Assembly: GCF_009914755.1 (NCBI RefSeq)
Contig: NC_060925.1
Source of the DNA: the human T2T-CHM13v2.0 reference genome, Homo sapiens
DNA length: 64,000 nt
Strand: one strand, 5' to 3'
Shown piece after piece: positions 12,600 through 27,092 of this stretch (position 1 is its first letter; every line of letters begins with the position of its first letter). The position numbers were made by a program, and so were the translations under genes. The notes beneath the pieces are model-generated. The model had not been told where the DNA came from. It worked only from the letters and a program-made list of their open reading frames with translations, and did no database searches.

Positions 12600-12800
12600 C
12601 TCCAGTAATATTCACTATGGAGGTCAAAGTATCCCTGGGGACAATATGGTGAGGTGAAAGCATTCTACTTCTTTCATTTACAGAGGTTCAATTCTGTCCC
12701 AGTTTAGGAACATGCCTTTTGCTCAAAAGTCTCCACAATCTTCCACCTCTGCCCACCCATTTAGGCTATAAAAGAAGATTTTCTAAGAGCTCCTCTGGCC
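12600..12800 (+). promoter_or_regulatory. Candidate TATA promoter (copy A)
   Basis: TATAAAAG at 12767-12774, with upstream sequence conserved in copy B (TATA at 38930). Confidence 0.5.
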
Positions 12801-13206
12801 ACTTGTCAGGAGGTCAAAGGTAGCCCAGGGTGGACCAAAGCAAGCCAGTCCAATCCAGGCCATGCCTGTGAGCCCACTTGGACAGACCCAAACCCTCTGC
12901 CTGAGTGTGGGGGAAAGGGAACCTGAGGGGAAGGCCCGCTCTGGCAAGAGCATGTTGGTGGTGATTGTAACCCTGGTGGTCCTTTTCATGTTCTTCCTCA
13001 TATGAGGGATGGCAGGGAGTGCTGGAGAGGCTCCTATCTGCCCCCATGTCAATCCTGGGCCCTCAGACTTCCATCTCCTCTCCTCCCAAGGTGGACATCT
13101 GTGACACAAGGTTATGTGTGCAGTCAGGGAGCAGAACCAGTCCAACAATGGCCAGGCAAAGCTCCAGTGCTTTCTACTGGCTACCAGGCAGGCACTGCCT
13201 TTACTG

Positions 13207-13316
13207 AACTCGAGGCAGGAGATCTACAGGGAGCTGGTCAACAGGCCCTCTACTCCATCTCCTTCCATGAGGGGCAGCAGCCTCATGCTACCAACAGGGG
13301 CAAGCACTGGCTGAGG
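13207..13316 (+). pseudogene. RALGDS-like exon remnant (N-terminal exon preceding the REM domain)
   Basis: With one 1-bp deletion it reads NSRQEIYRELVN-ALYSISFHEGQQPHATNRGKHWLR, versus recalled RALGDS SSTQEIGEELINGVIYSISLRKVQLHHGGNKGQRWLG; splice sites degraded. Confidence 0.75.
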
Positions 13317-15781
13317 TGGGAGTGGACACAGAGAAGACTCCACCCTAGGGGCCTGAAACAGCCAGAGAGGGCCCTGGAGATTATGATCAATGAGAAGGTG
13401 CAACAACAACAACAAAAAAAAAAAGAAAGAAAGCAATCATGTTTGGTGACTTAAGGAAAGATCTGTTAGCACTGTTTGCAGAGAAAGCAATCAGGCAATA
13501 CACAGTAAGTCATGAGTAGGTGGAGAATTAGAAGGCAAGCAAGTAAGCCAAGAAGTAAAGCAAGAACCTGAAAGCAGTTCATTGCTTATGTTTAGGTGGG
13601 TGGTCTCTTAAACACCAGTGTGAAGTCGGACCAGGTTTATTGGTCCATTTAGAGGAGTCAGTATCTGGTGTGTACTGCCTACTGCCAACTGAGGTTTGGA
13701 TGATCTTGGCTACGGTGTTCTACCATGTGGTTTCCATTCCTGGAGGTGTTTCTGCATACAAGGTGCCATGAGTCCAATGACTATTCTAGGATCAGCTTAA
13801 CTTGGGTATGATGGATTCACAGCTTGACTCCTTTCAATTTGACTGAAGAACAGGTCACTATTAGCGCCTCATAAGGCCTGGTCCAACAAGGACAAAGCTG
13901 ATCTTCCAGATGTTCATTCTTCTAGGACTTTAATAAAACCCAGTCTCCAGGACAGAGGTGGTACAGAGGAACATCTGTGGGCAACATTAACCTGCTAGAA
14001 GTGAACTCATGTATAGCAGTGAGAGAGACTTCCAATGATTGAACACACCTGACAGCATCTAATTCTTTAGTTCAGCTTCCCTCCAGGTCCCCCAGTCCAT
14101 CCTTTGAGCATAGGACAGGTCTTCTATATAACAGTTCAGAGGGGCTCTATTAGAGCTTGCTTCAAGGGGCCACTCTCATCTGAAGCAGAGCAATGGGTGA
14201 GACCTCATCCCAAGGTAAATTAGTCTCCTGACAAATTTTAGCTGCAGTCTTTTTAAAAGTATGATTCATCTTTTCTGTCTTGCCAGTAGATTGTGGTTGC
14301 CAAGAAGCATATAATTTCCAGTGAATGTCTACGCACCACAGACTTCTTGAGTTATTTTTGTTATAAAGGCTCTTCTACTGTCTCTTTGTGTAGACATGGG
14401 TAGCCCAAATTGGGGAACTATTTCTTTTAATAGAGCAGTTACAATCTCAGAAGACTTTTCCAACTAATGGGGAAAGACTTCCATCCATCCAGTGAAAATG
14501 TCCATAAATACCAACAAAATCCCTGAAATTCCTGGTGGCTCTCAGCAAAGTACATTCAATTTACCTGTCTTCTGCGAGTCCAGAGCCTCTGGGTTGTACC
14601 CCTTTTATTATTAGCGCATGTCCTGATTGAGTGTCTAGTAAGGCTTGGTCCTTTCCTAGCCTCCCAAAAGTAAGTCAATATCCTCCTTTATGTTCTAATA
14701 GAGGAAGTACACAGTGGGGAGCATGTACAGCAGTGGGTTGATCCAAGATGACCTTTTCTGCTTCTTGCAGTAAATCCTAGGTGGCTGCTATCACCATCAG
14801 GCATATGGGTCATCCCTCAGCCCTTATGTCCAGTTGCTTTGATAAACAGGCATTGGATCTTCTCATATTACCTGGATTTGGAGTTAATGTCTCAAAATTA
14901 ATCTCTTGTCTTTAATTGACAAACAGGTCAAAAGGCATTCTAATGTCTGAAAGACCTAGAGCACGAACAATGTCATTTTTATTCAATAACTTGGAAGGGC
15001 TTATGGCATTCGTGAGTCAAACTGAGAGGCTCATTGTCTCTTCCTTTAAAAATCTTCCTGAAGGGGCTTGGCTATCAGTTCAAAATTGGGGATACAGATA
15101 TGGCAAAACGCTGTCATACCTAGGAATCCATGCAATTGTTTCCTGGTAGGAGGTACTGCTACTCTCACCAGTGCCTCTTTTGGATCAAGGTATAAACTCC
15201 TCTACCTTTGTGACAGTTCAAATTTTAAGTATTTAACAGAATTCTGGGGAAATCTGGGCCTTTTTCTTGCAGACTTTAGTAGCCCTCTTCAGCTAGAAAA
15301 TTTACATTCCAAATTGTATTCTGTCCTGAGTCTTCCTTACCCTTGCTGGCAACTAGGATGTGACCCTTCTTTTAATTGGAGATCCTTATATCTCTGGGTA
15401 AGATTTCATCAGAAGTGGTAGAAGAATTCTTAAAACTTTGAGAGAGTACAGTCCAACCATGTTGTTTGACCCTAGTCTCAAAATCTTCCCATGCAAAAGC
15501 AAAATGCCCTGAGAGTTGGAGCTTAGAGATGTGCAAAAAAAAATGCGTCCTTAAGGTCCACAACAGTAAACCAGCTAAAGTCTCTAGAGAGAATAGTAAG
15601 TAAAGCATAAGTGTTAAGCATCAGCAGGAGGATATCTTCTACAATCTAATTAATGGCTGTTAAGTCCCGTGTAAGTCAATAGTCTTGTGTGCCTGCCTTT
15701 GTGCTAACAAAATTGGGGTATTATATGGAGACCAGCATGGGCAGATGAGTTCCCATTCAAAAAGGCAGTTAAGAAAAGCGA

Positions 15782-15928
15782 GGCTGGGTGGGGTGGCTCA
15801 CACCTATAATTTTAGCACTTTGGGAGGCTGAGGCAGGAGGATCTCTTGAGGCCAGGAGTTTCAGACCAGCCACTATGTTTCTTCAACGGCTGAGGAAAAA
15901 TAGTGAGACCCCATATTGAAAGAAAGAA

Positions 15929-15991
<63 letters not shown>

Positions 15992-16122
15992 AAGAATGAA
16001 AGAAAGAAGGAGAGAGAGAGAAAGAGAGAGAGAGATAAAGAGAGAAAGAGAGAGAAAGAAAGGCAAAAAGGAAGAAAGAGAGGAAAGAAGGAAGGGAGGG
16101 AGGGAGGAAGGAAGGAAGGAAG
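15782..16122 (+). mobile_element. Alu monomer with (GAAA)/(GA) microsatellite tail, inside the ERV
   Basis: Alu left-arm sequence followed by a purine array. Confidence 0.8.
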
Positions 16123-16572
16123 AAAATCTGGAACTTTCCTTCAGTAGATACTGTCTCAAGTTTGTAACTCTTGACCCAGAAAGAAGTTTAACATGCATAG
16201 ATGTTGTTCTGTGTGCCCATCCCACCATCCGACCCACCCATATATCCAGTCTTATAAGATGTCTTCAGGGACCTCCACTGGGGGTTCCTTGACTTGAAGT
16301 AGCACCACCTGGAGGGCTCATGCTTGTCTGGTGGCACTTTAATGTACCTCCATCCAGGCGCAAAAGTCACTAGCATTCAGCTTGGTTAGTAAGTCCCATC
16401 CTAGCAGTGACACAGGGCACTCAAGCAAATATTTTAAAAACCATGTTTTAGGTGTGATTTGCCCATTTGGTGATCTAAAGTTTAGAGAAATGGCTTTTTC
16501 AAGGTTTCTCCAGGGATCTTAGTTATTAGCATTGTTTTCAGTTAACTAGAAAAATCTAATATTATGAACTGA

Positions 16573-17024
<452 letters not shown>

Positions 17025-17639
17025 TGATCTCAGGCATTTGGTGCACTGCCTGATGCCTATCTTCTTCAAGAGTCTTATTTTGGTTGAGGCATTCTATTTT
17101 CCCATGGCCCTCCCTCTTGTTTACAGTAGGCATATTAGTGGGGTCCCATTGCGGGGTGTCTTATATGGTTTGGATTCTGGGATGGGAGGCTGCCTATGTT
17201 TAATCAAGGTCTTCCTACTTGTGGACCATGGGTCAGTTCCTGGGTCAGTGCCACCGCCAGCAAGGCAGCTTATTGTTTCACTTTCTGGACTTGATTCTGC
17301 CACTGAAAATCTTAAGGACAATGTCAACCAGTTGAAACATCAGCATCCCCAGGGTCTCCTCTGTTTTCTGTAGTTTCTTCTGAATATCCAGAGTGCTTTG
17401 GCTAATATAGCTTATATTTACCATTTTTAAGTTCTCAGGGGCCTCTGGATCTACATCAGTGTATTGCCTATACATTTTAAAAATCCTTTCCAGAAATTCT
17501 GAAGTTTTCTCTTTAGGTTTTGGTTTCATCTCCTGCATTTTATTTAGACTCCTTTGTTTTGGAACTCCCTTATGGAGCACTGCTAAAAAGCAATTTTGGT
17601 AGTATTCAAGTCTCACTCTGTCTCCTGCATTTATATTTC

Positions 17640-18190
17640 AGTGAGCGTCAGGTGTGGGGATGGCCACGGATATCAACAGTTGCTATTTTATGTTTTGTTC
17701 TTACTGTTTAATTATAGCCATCCCAGTGGGTGTGGAGTGGTATCTCATTGTTGGTTTCCTTTTCATCTCCCTAACATCTAATGTAGATCACCTTTCATGT
17801 GCTTGCTTACCATTTGTATATCTTCTTTGGAGAAATGTCTGTTCAAGTCCATTGCCCATTTTTGGTTCAATTGTTAAGGTTTCTGTACTTAAACTGGAAG
17901 AGTTCTTTATATTTTCTGGGTACAAGATTCTTATCAAATTCATCACTTGCCAATATTTCCTGCAATTCTGTGAGTGGTCTTTTCACTCTCTTGACAGTGT
18001 CCTTTGATATACAAAAGTTTTTAATTTTGATGATGCCCAATTTATCTGTTTTTTTTCTTTTACTGCTAGTGTTTTGTATGACATGTTAAGAAACTAATCC
18101 AAATCCAAGGTCATAAACATTTGCCCCTATATTTTTTTTCTAAGACCTTTAGTTTTAGCTCTTACATTTAGTTGTTTCATCATTTAAGGT
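17640..18190 (-). mobile_element. L1M fragment
   Basis: Antisense L1 3' region motifs (gtggtatctcattg, ttctttggagaaatgtctgttcaagtcc). Confidence 0.8.
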
Positions 18191-18254
18191 TTTTATAGCT
18201 TGTTTGATTAATATACAACTTCACTCATTCATTCATTTATTACTAATCTTATAT

Positions 18255-18760
18255 GTCTGCATGTGTAAGGAGATACATCTTCCAGTTAGGGGATAATTAT
18301 ATTTGTTTCTTATAGGGAATTTACATTATTTTCCAAATTATATCAAATAATAACAGCAAGTAAATATTTCTTTAAAAATTCTCTAAAACAATAAAACTTG
18401 TTCTGAATGCTAGCTTATAGAAGTATTGAAATGATACAATGTGAGAACTAAGGAGTTAAAATTATTAGTATTATATTTGCAATGAGTTCATTATTTTCTG
18501 TTCTTTTTTAAGAATAGTGTCACAATTAATTAGTATACTAATAGAATATAAAGTGGGTTTCTGGGTGTTTGCCTAAATATGTAGCAAATGATATTTTAAT
18601 TACAATTTGAGTTGCTAATCGTTGTCAAATAAAATTTTAATAAAAAAAAAAATGGGGAAAACAATGTCGTTGTCCTAAGCAGTCCTGCACTGCCCTCTGG
18701 TGGCCTTTCACTTACTATGTCTTCTCATTGTTGATTTCAAGCACCTTCTGCCTTTCTTGA
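18255..18760 (+). repeat. Cassette fragment D (end of the exon-like block plus CTCF site)
   Basis: tatatttgtttcttatagggaattt and taaatatttcttta match A (~3860-3945) and B (~35150-35180). Confidence 0.7.
18687..18706 (-). promoter_or_regulatory. CTCF motif (fragment D)
   Basis: cactgccctctggtgg identical to copies A and B. Confidence 0.7.
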
Positions 18761-19199
18761 TATTTTTACATTTGACTTTAATTTTTTTCACTCTGATAGT
18801 ATTTTGGAGTTTAAGAATGTCAAGAAAAAAATTAAATTATCCCTTCTGTATTACAAGAATCTTAATACACTTTTATATGTAATTCTTTTAGCCTACCAGA
18901 ATTCCTCATTATGACTTTGTAATATTTTATGGAATACAAATTGTTTACTTAATATTTCATATTGATAAGGACACTGTGCTCAGTTTCCTGGGTAAGTTAG
19001 TCTGTAAATTTCCTTACAGCTTTTTGAAGTATAATTGATATATTACAATGCACATCAGCCAAATAAAGATTACAATTTCACAAATCTGGGCACATGTATA
19101 TATCCATAAAACCATCACTGCGATTAGGGTAATATACACGTATACATTGCCCCCAAAAGATTTTTCTCATTTATTTGTAAAAATCCATTGTTAGCTTGA

Positions 19200-20800
19200 T
19201 GTACAGATAACTTCTATTTGGTCCTTCACATTCACCTTTTGACTGGGGAGGAGGTGGTCTGTACAGTGAAAAAATTGCTTGACCTTGCTTCACTGTACAG
19301 TTAGGAACCCATAATAAAAGGGAGATCTAAAGATAGGTCATTAGCCAGGAGAGAGCGTTGCCAGGACTGCCCTGGAGGAGATGACTATACGCTGAAAGCT
19401 TATGGGACCTTGCAGGTCCATGCTGGCAAAAGCCTGGGCAGCAGGAGTGGGAGTGGGTCCAAGGCGGTGGACCAAGGAGCAAAATAAAGGTCTTGATTGG
19501 ACTGAATTCATTGACATGAGAGAGCCCACTATGGATTTGGGTTTAAAGTATTGGATAGACCACCTGCTAGTGGTGTTGGTACTCTGGGCCCTATGATGGC
19601 TTCCAGATAATGAGGTCAGAATGCTCGAATGTCCTTGCCATACTGCTGAGGGAGGGAGGAAGGAGTCAGAATGCATAAGGACAGGCATGGTGGGATGGAG
19701 CTATGATGTGCAGTCTGCTCAGCCATCCCTAATCTTGCCTGCTGGGAGAAAGCAGAGCTCACTCACTTCATCAAAGAGTTTAAAAAGTGCATTGGCAAAG
19801 GCAGAGGAGGCACCAGCATCCTCAAAGAGATCTGTGCTTGGCCATCCTCTATTGCTGCCAATGACGGTAGGGGACAGTGAAGAGTGACAGGGTCAGATGG
19901 CTCAGGCATCAGAGACAAGGTGCATGCAGTCACCAGTATGCCTTGTGGGCAGGATGGGAATTAGAGAATGACCCACAGGGATACATGGTGAGGGGTAATT
20001 GATCAGGGGTCCTTAGAAATGAAATTGATGGGCAGCGGGATCCATTGTCTCTAGCATAGTTATGAGACATAAGCCAGTAATGACCTGACTCTGAGCTCCT
20101 AGACTGAGGGAGAGATTGGAGCCCTTCAAGGCAGCAATGTCGTCTCAGGTATGTATCATGTATCTTTTCCCTCAGCTTCCCCAAATGTCCCCAAAATCAA
20201 AGGCAATTACTGCTGTGACCACACTTTGGAAGAAGGGAGATACCTACATGCATTTTCTGGAGAATTTCGTCTACATGTTTGGAGCAGATTTTGAATCCCC
20301 AACATCAGAAAAGCTGTGTGGCCCAGCAAGGGCTTTGGAAGTCTGGGGATAGAAGCTGCCTTGGCCCAAGGTTAAGATTGTTCAGTGGGACCATGGCCTC
20401 TGCCTGTGGTTACTCCTCAGTTCCAGAAAGGATGTATTTATCAACTAGTGGGATAGGAATTTTTAGCCACTGGCGGAATCTGCACACTGGTTTCCTGAAC
20501 CCAGGAATTTTTCTTACTAGGGAAGAAAGGCCCAAGTAAAGGTTCCTGGAACTACCCCATCCCTGAGAGTAAACCAAAGGCAACACGTCAACCATGGAGG
20601 AGACAGGAGAGGTGAGCAGTGTCATCAAACCCTCGAGACAGGCAGGTTAGCAATTCCCACTGTTGCTCATTTTCCTTGCTTCTTTGGATACCTTAAAAGC
20701 CAGATGGGTTATGGAGATGAGCAGTAGATTTCCACAAATGTAATCAGATGGAGAAGGCAACAGGAGCTGTGACTCTTTGTAGGATATCTCAACAGAAATA
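19200..20800 (+). mobile_element. Degenerate ERVL-type internal sequence (gag/pol remnant)
   Basis: KPDGLWR*AVDFHKCNQ near 20697-20748 resembles the ERVL RT motif KPDGSWRMTVDYRKLNQ. Confidence 0.55.
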
Positions 20801-21463
20801 ATCCATCAGTTACACCGCTGCTGCGGGAGGGCCCTGAGCATGGCACGAGACCCCTGCCCATGAAACCAGCTGCTGAGAATGAAGAAGTGACACAGGAAAA
20901 CCTGCCAGCACCACAGGCTCCACACTAAGCAGGAGGTCACAGTAACTAGCCCACCCTGGAGGAATTTGAATACAGCCCAACTACTGACTAGATGGTCTCA
21001 ACTCCCTACACTACTGGCCTGGCAGAAGGTGTACACCCACTTCTGAACATAAATCCTAGTTACCCCAGTCTCTACTGCTCTTCTCTATAATTTTATGTCA
21101 ATAAATTTTGAAGTTTAAATAAAATGGACAAATCCCTTAAAAGGAAAAAATAAAAACAACTCATTACATCAATGGCTAGTGAAGTTTTCATACTCAAAGA
21201 AAACATCAAAGAATGTCAATATCCTGTCCCTCTCCCATCCTAGCAGGATAATTTATTTTTATGATTGCAAGTGGTTCATTTTTAGATAAATTTTCACATT
21301 TTTCTTCAAGCATCCAATTTCCCACTACTATTTTTGATTTCAGCATACTTCCAGTTCTCATAGAGAGGTGAAGGTGCTGCTTTCTGGGTTAAGGCCCAAG
21401 CAACATTGCTATATGAGCAGGTGACCCATGGATGCTACCATTTCCTCCAGGAGAGATAAATAT

Positions 21464-21821
21464 TGTGGCAGGCATAGCTCCTTGTTTAGATAAATTATTT
21501 TCCTCTTCTTCCTGGACATCTTGCATTGGGTGTGGCCCGATGACTGATGAGTTCTAGCGAATGAGATGTGAGTGGAAGTGATATGTTTGCTTCTAGGTTG
21601 TGACTTTGAAATGTGGCCTGTTCCATGTACTCTTCCCCTGTCTGTTGGCTGAAATGGAAGAAACTTTTGTCTCTGAATTACACTGAGGAAGAAAACTGCC
21701 TGTCAAGAAAAAATTTACACTTGGATTATCATGTGAATCAGCAGTAAGTATCTATTACATTAGGACACTGAAATTTGTGGATCTCCTGGTTTTAGTAACT
21801 AGCATTCAAGTAACTAATACA
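21464..21821 (+). mobile_element. MLT1-family LTR
   Basis: tgtggcagg...actaataca termini and MLT1-like core. Confidence 0.55.
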
Positions 21822-22146
21822 GATGTTGGGCTGCTTAATACAGAATATCACTAATATCAATAATTTATAAAATAAATTATTTCCCAAGATTAAATCTTAA
21901 CTAGATGTGGCTGAGATAAGTTGTTTTCTCCCACTCACCACTGTCTTCTTCCACATTAGTAAAATGTCTGATTTTATTTGGGAGGATGATGGCTCAGAAC
22001 AAACATGGCATGACATTTCCCAGCCTTCATTGTGTGTCATGGGTATGATCGTGTGATAACATTCTAGCCAAGTGGCTAATTCTAGGATATAAGCAGAAGC
22101 ATCATGTGGTAGCGACTGGGATCCTTCCTTAAAAGGTAGATGCTTC

Positions 22147-22513
<367 letters not shown>

Positions 22514-23057
22514 TCATATAATGTGCCCTTTTCTTCTTGGTTATTCTCTACATTATGCTCTTTGAAATGCAGATGTGATGGCTGGAGCAATGGTTGCCAT
22601 ACTGAATCATGAGAATGAGTGCCCTAGTGATGACAGATCAGTAGGGTAGAAAGAACCCGGGTTACAAGGATTTCATGGATTACTTACATTCAGACTTATA
22701 TATGAGAGAGAGACAAACTTTTCTGTGTGTAAATCATTCTTATTTTAAAGCCTCTGATATGTGTAGCCACACTGAATTTTAATTCAAATACTTGGTCTTG
22801 AAGGATAAGTAAATGTTTATCAGGCACAAAAACTTTGGTAAGACATAAAAGGAGAACAATCTATAGTTGATTAACCTTACTGGTTTTAAAAAATGAAAGA
22901 AAGAAGAAAAAAGAAAGAACTAAGTTGTGAATTTACTTATCTCCCTAAGAAGGACAAGCTAAAGAACACATGAATTATTCTTAGAGATTCCAGATTACAA
23001 TACTAAAGGTCTATAGCTGTAGATAGTGAAGGTGCAAGGGTGTCCATTGATCGAGTC

Positions 23058-23539
23058 CATTGTTAGTTTGTTGGGGCTTCCAGAACAAAGTACCACAAAC
23101 TGGATGGCTTGAAAACCAGAAATTTATTGTCTCCCAGTCGGGAGGACAGAAGGCTGAGATCAAGCTGTCTGCAGTGTTGGTTCCTTCTGGGGGCTGTGAG
23201 GGAGATGCCACTCCATGCCTCTCTCCCAGCATCTGGGGGTTTCCTGGCAATCTTTGGCATTCCTGGGCTTGTAGCTGCATCCTTTGAATCTCTGCCTTCC
23301 CGTCCACACGGAGTTCTCCCTTTTTGTGTCTCTGTGTCCAAATTTCTTCTTTTGTAAAGACACAGCTTATATTGGATTAAGAGCCCACCCTGCTCTCTCT
23401 ACCCCATTATGATCACATCCTAACCTAATCTTTACATCTGCATCTGCATCAACCCTATCTCCAAATAAGGTCACTTTCTGAAGTACTGGGGGTTAGGACT
23501 TCAACAAATGAGTAGTGGGGATGCAATTCAACCCACAGC
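23058..23539 (-). mobile_element. MLT1C-like LTR
   Basis: aacaaagtaccacaaactggatggctt...aattcaacccac, typical of antisense MLT1. Confidence 0.75.
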
Positions 23540-24520
23540 AAATACTAACATTAGAGTGTACCACTATAAAAACAATTCCTACTTAGATTTCTCCACATGG
23601 CTGAATGTAAAGTGAAACAGTGAGGGCACTAGCAGTTTTGGAGGCTGAAGTTATTTGTGGAATAATATCACACTCCTCTTCTCTGGGGTGAATGCCAGGA
23701 GAACATGCAGGGAATAAAAATCAATACCTGTCTTCAAGACAGCTTCAGAGCCAGAGGGCCACCCAGATGCTGGAACAGAGGCCCGGAATTATCACCAACA
23801 CAGAGACATAGCCAAAGTGCCAGAGTGCATGGAGGAGGGAATTATGAACTCCAGGTGAAGACGCTGAGAGCAGCAAACAGTGTGAAAACCAAAACTTCAG
23901 CGCACATGGGCTTTCCTCAAAGTGTGACAGTGGAACCGAATGCATGGAGTCCGAACACGGCTGGAAAATCCAGACCTAGACAGTCACAATGGCTTAGTGA
24001 GGAAATACCATTTAAATTGGGTATTCAAGGAAATGATCTGACAGGCGGTGATGGAGTGGGGAGGTGGGGATTTCAGGGAGAAGGAATAACAGGAGCAAAT
24101 CCAAGGAGGATTGAAGGACGGGGCAAGGCTGTTGTGCTGATTGCCTCCTGGGGCGTCTGCAGATGGAAAGAGTGACAGAGGAGCTGCTGGGGAGCCAGGG
24201 GAAGTGGCAGGGCAGGAAAGCAGCCCTTTTTCTGATATTTATGCCAGCTTCAGAAAGCTACTGTGGGGTGAGGTCGATTCGGCACATTGCATCCCTATTT
24301 TCAAAGCTAACTTAAGGGCAGGTGGGACACCATTCAGGAGTAAGGATCTTCAAAGCCTTTCTTTCCTTTATGGGACTTGTTAGTGTGCTCTACTGGGCAC
24401 TGCCAGCTTCTCCTCAATGTCCCATGAGCTGAGTGTTTAAGGCCAGGCAATTCCAGGCTCTGGTTCCTCAAAGTCTGAATGTACCTAGATTACTAAGGTC
24501 CTTAAAAAATAGAGATACAG

Positions 24521-24820
<300 letters not shown>

Positions 24821-25399
24821 CACAGATACAGAGGTCTGAAGTGAAGCCTGACAGATGGTAAAACAATCTCCAGGTGGCCTCGGTGCTCAGCCAGGTCTAG
24901 GACTTTAATTCCCCCATGGCATTTGGAGTTAGCTAGCATGTTTGAGAAGGCAAAGGGACGTGAGCATCTGCTGTAAATTTGGTTACAAAGTTGGCCAAAT
25001 AAGAAATTGCTTATATGAATTATGGAATCCTATAGTCATAAGATTTTTAAAATGACTACTGGGAAACTGAAAATTTATAGTGAAATTCTCTCTACTGCTC
25101 ATTTTAGTTCCCTTCTTTTCTCAAAGTTAAATTATAACTCAATGTAACCCATGAAAGGAAAGGCTGTTTGTTTCCTGTGCAAGTCTAAGATTTTGGGGAA
25201 GGGAAGAGTAGAAAAAAAAAGATAGGGAAATCAACATTTAATTTATGCCTACTACCATGCTAGAAACTAAAGATATATAAATTACTTATTATAAATATCA
25301 ATTACAACTTCAGTGATTAATTTTAGAATCTAAATAAAACCTGACAAAACTTACAGTAATTAAAAATGTATCAACGAAAGAAACAGAACAGTCAAAATA

Positions 25400-26300
25400 A
25401 TCTTTAGATGGACATGCTTAGAGGATCACATTACTTTCAGGACTTACTAGAAAACTATAGCAATCGAGACAGCGTGGTATTGACATAACAACAGACATAT
25501 AGATCAAAGTAACAGAATAGAATCCTGAAGTAGATCCACACTTATCCATGAACTATTTCCTGACAAAGACAAAGACAATCCAGTGGTGGAAGGGAAATCA
25601 CACCTTATGTGCTCTTTAGTGTCTTCTTCTGCAGAACACGATGCTTTTCAAATTCATTAATTCTGTCGCTTTATCCATGGTTTGTCTTTCATTGCTGAGG
25701 AGTATTCTACTGGACAAATATACTACATGTTCGTGTTGATGGATGTGTGTGCTGTTACCAACTTGGAGCAGCTGTGAATAAAATGGTGGTGAACATTCTG
25801 ATAAAGGTCTCTTTGCAGACATGTGTTTTGTTTCTCCTGGGTAAATGCTGAGAGCTGGAATTGCTGAATTATAGGTCAGGAACATGTTTACTTTTATAAG
25901 AAACTGCCAAAGTGATTATGCCATTTTACCCTCTCACTAGCAACATGAGTGGTCTTGCTTTGCATCCTCACTGACACTTGGTCGTGTTTGTATTTTTAAT
26001 TTTAGCCCTGTTCAGTATTGTGTGTTGGCACTTTATTGTGCTCTCCATTTGTTTCTCTCGTGATTCATTATAATGAGTACTGTGTCCCTGTGGAATGGCC
26101 ATCTGCATACTTCCCTTTGTGGAAGGTCTATTTAAATCATGTCTCTAGTTTTCTATATTGCAGACAGGATATTCTCCAAATTCTCCTCCTAAAAACTTTA
26201 TAATGTAACTTTCATATTTAGGTCTATGGTTCATATCAAATTAATGTTTATGTATGATTAGTGGTAGGGAGGTTTTTTGTTCTAATACAGATGATGAAAC
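25400..26300. mobile_element. Old L1 fragments in both orientations
   Basis: ORF2-like gacagcgtggtattg...gatcaaagtaacagaatag on +, followed by antisense L1ME-like 3' sequence. Confidence 0.65.
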
Positions 26301-26332
26301 TAAATCCTGAAATTGTTTTACAATCTTTCCCT

Positions 26333-26638
26333 TTTTTTTTTTTTTTTTTTTTGAGATAGGGTCTTGCTTTGTTGTCCCAGCTGGATTGCAGTGGTGCAGT
26401 CATGGTTCACAGTTCACTGCAGCCTCAAACTACCAGGCTCAAGTGATCATCCCGCCTCCCAAGTAGGTGGGACTACAGGCGCCTGCCACCATGCCTGGCT
26501 AATTTTTGTATTTTTTGTAGAACAGGGTTTCACCATGTTGCCTAGGCTGGTCTCCAATTAATGGGTTCAAGCGATCCTCCTGCCTTGGCGTCCCAAAGTG
26601 CTGGGATTACAGACATGAGCCTGCAACAGCACCCAGCC
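26333..26638 (-). mobile_element. AluJ
   Basis: Diverged reverse Alu with poly-T. Confidence 0.88.
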
Positions 26639-26730
26639 TGTTATATAATCTTGGTAGCCTCTGCTGGAAGAAGTTATAGAACATTTCTGTCACTCAAGAA
26701 ATTTCCCTTGTGCCTCTTCACTTTCCCACC

Positions 26731-27092
26731 TGTATCAGTCAAGCTCTTCCTCCGACACAGAACTAGTAAGATACATATACAGCAAGCAGTTGTGAGGGTT
26801 CCTGGGCAAGTCTGAAATCCACAGGGCAGGCCACAGGAGGTCAGGCTGGAAGTCTGGGTAGGAGCTGACCCACAATCCAGAGAGGAGATTTCTTCTTCGT
26901 CAGGGAAACTTCAATTCTTTTTAAAGCCTTTCAACTGATTGGAATGGCCCAGCCAGATTATAGAGGATAATCTCATTTATCTGAAGTGAACTGTAGATGT
27001 TAATCACATCTACGGAATACCTTCATGGCAGCACAGTGTTCGAATAATCAGCTGAGACTAGAGCCTAATCAAGTTGACATAAAAACCATCAC
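26731..27092. mobile_element. MLT2-like LTR
   Basis: tgtatcagtc...aagttgacataaaaaccatca, MLT2-like termini. Confidence 0.6.

Noticed and set aside
12708-12717. p53 half-site GAACATGCCT upstream of the TATA box
   Set aside because: Only a single half-site, and imperfect in copy B.
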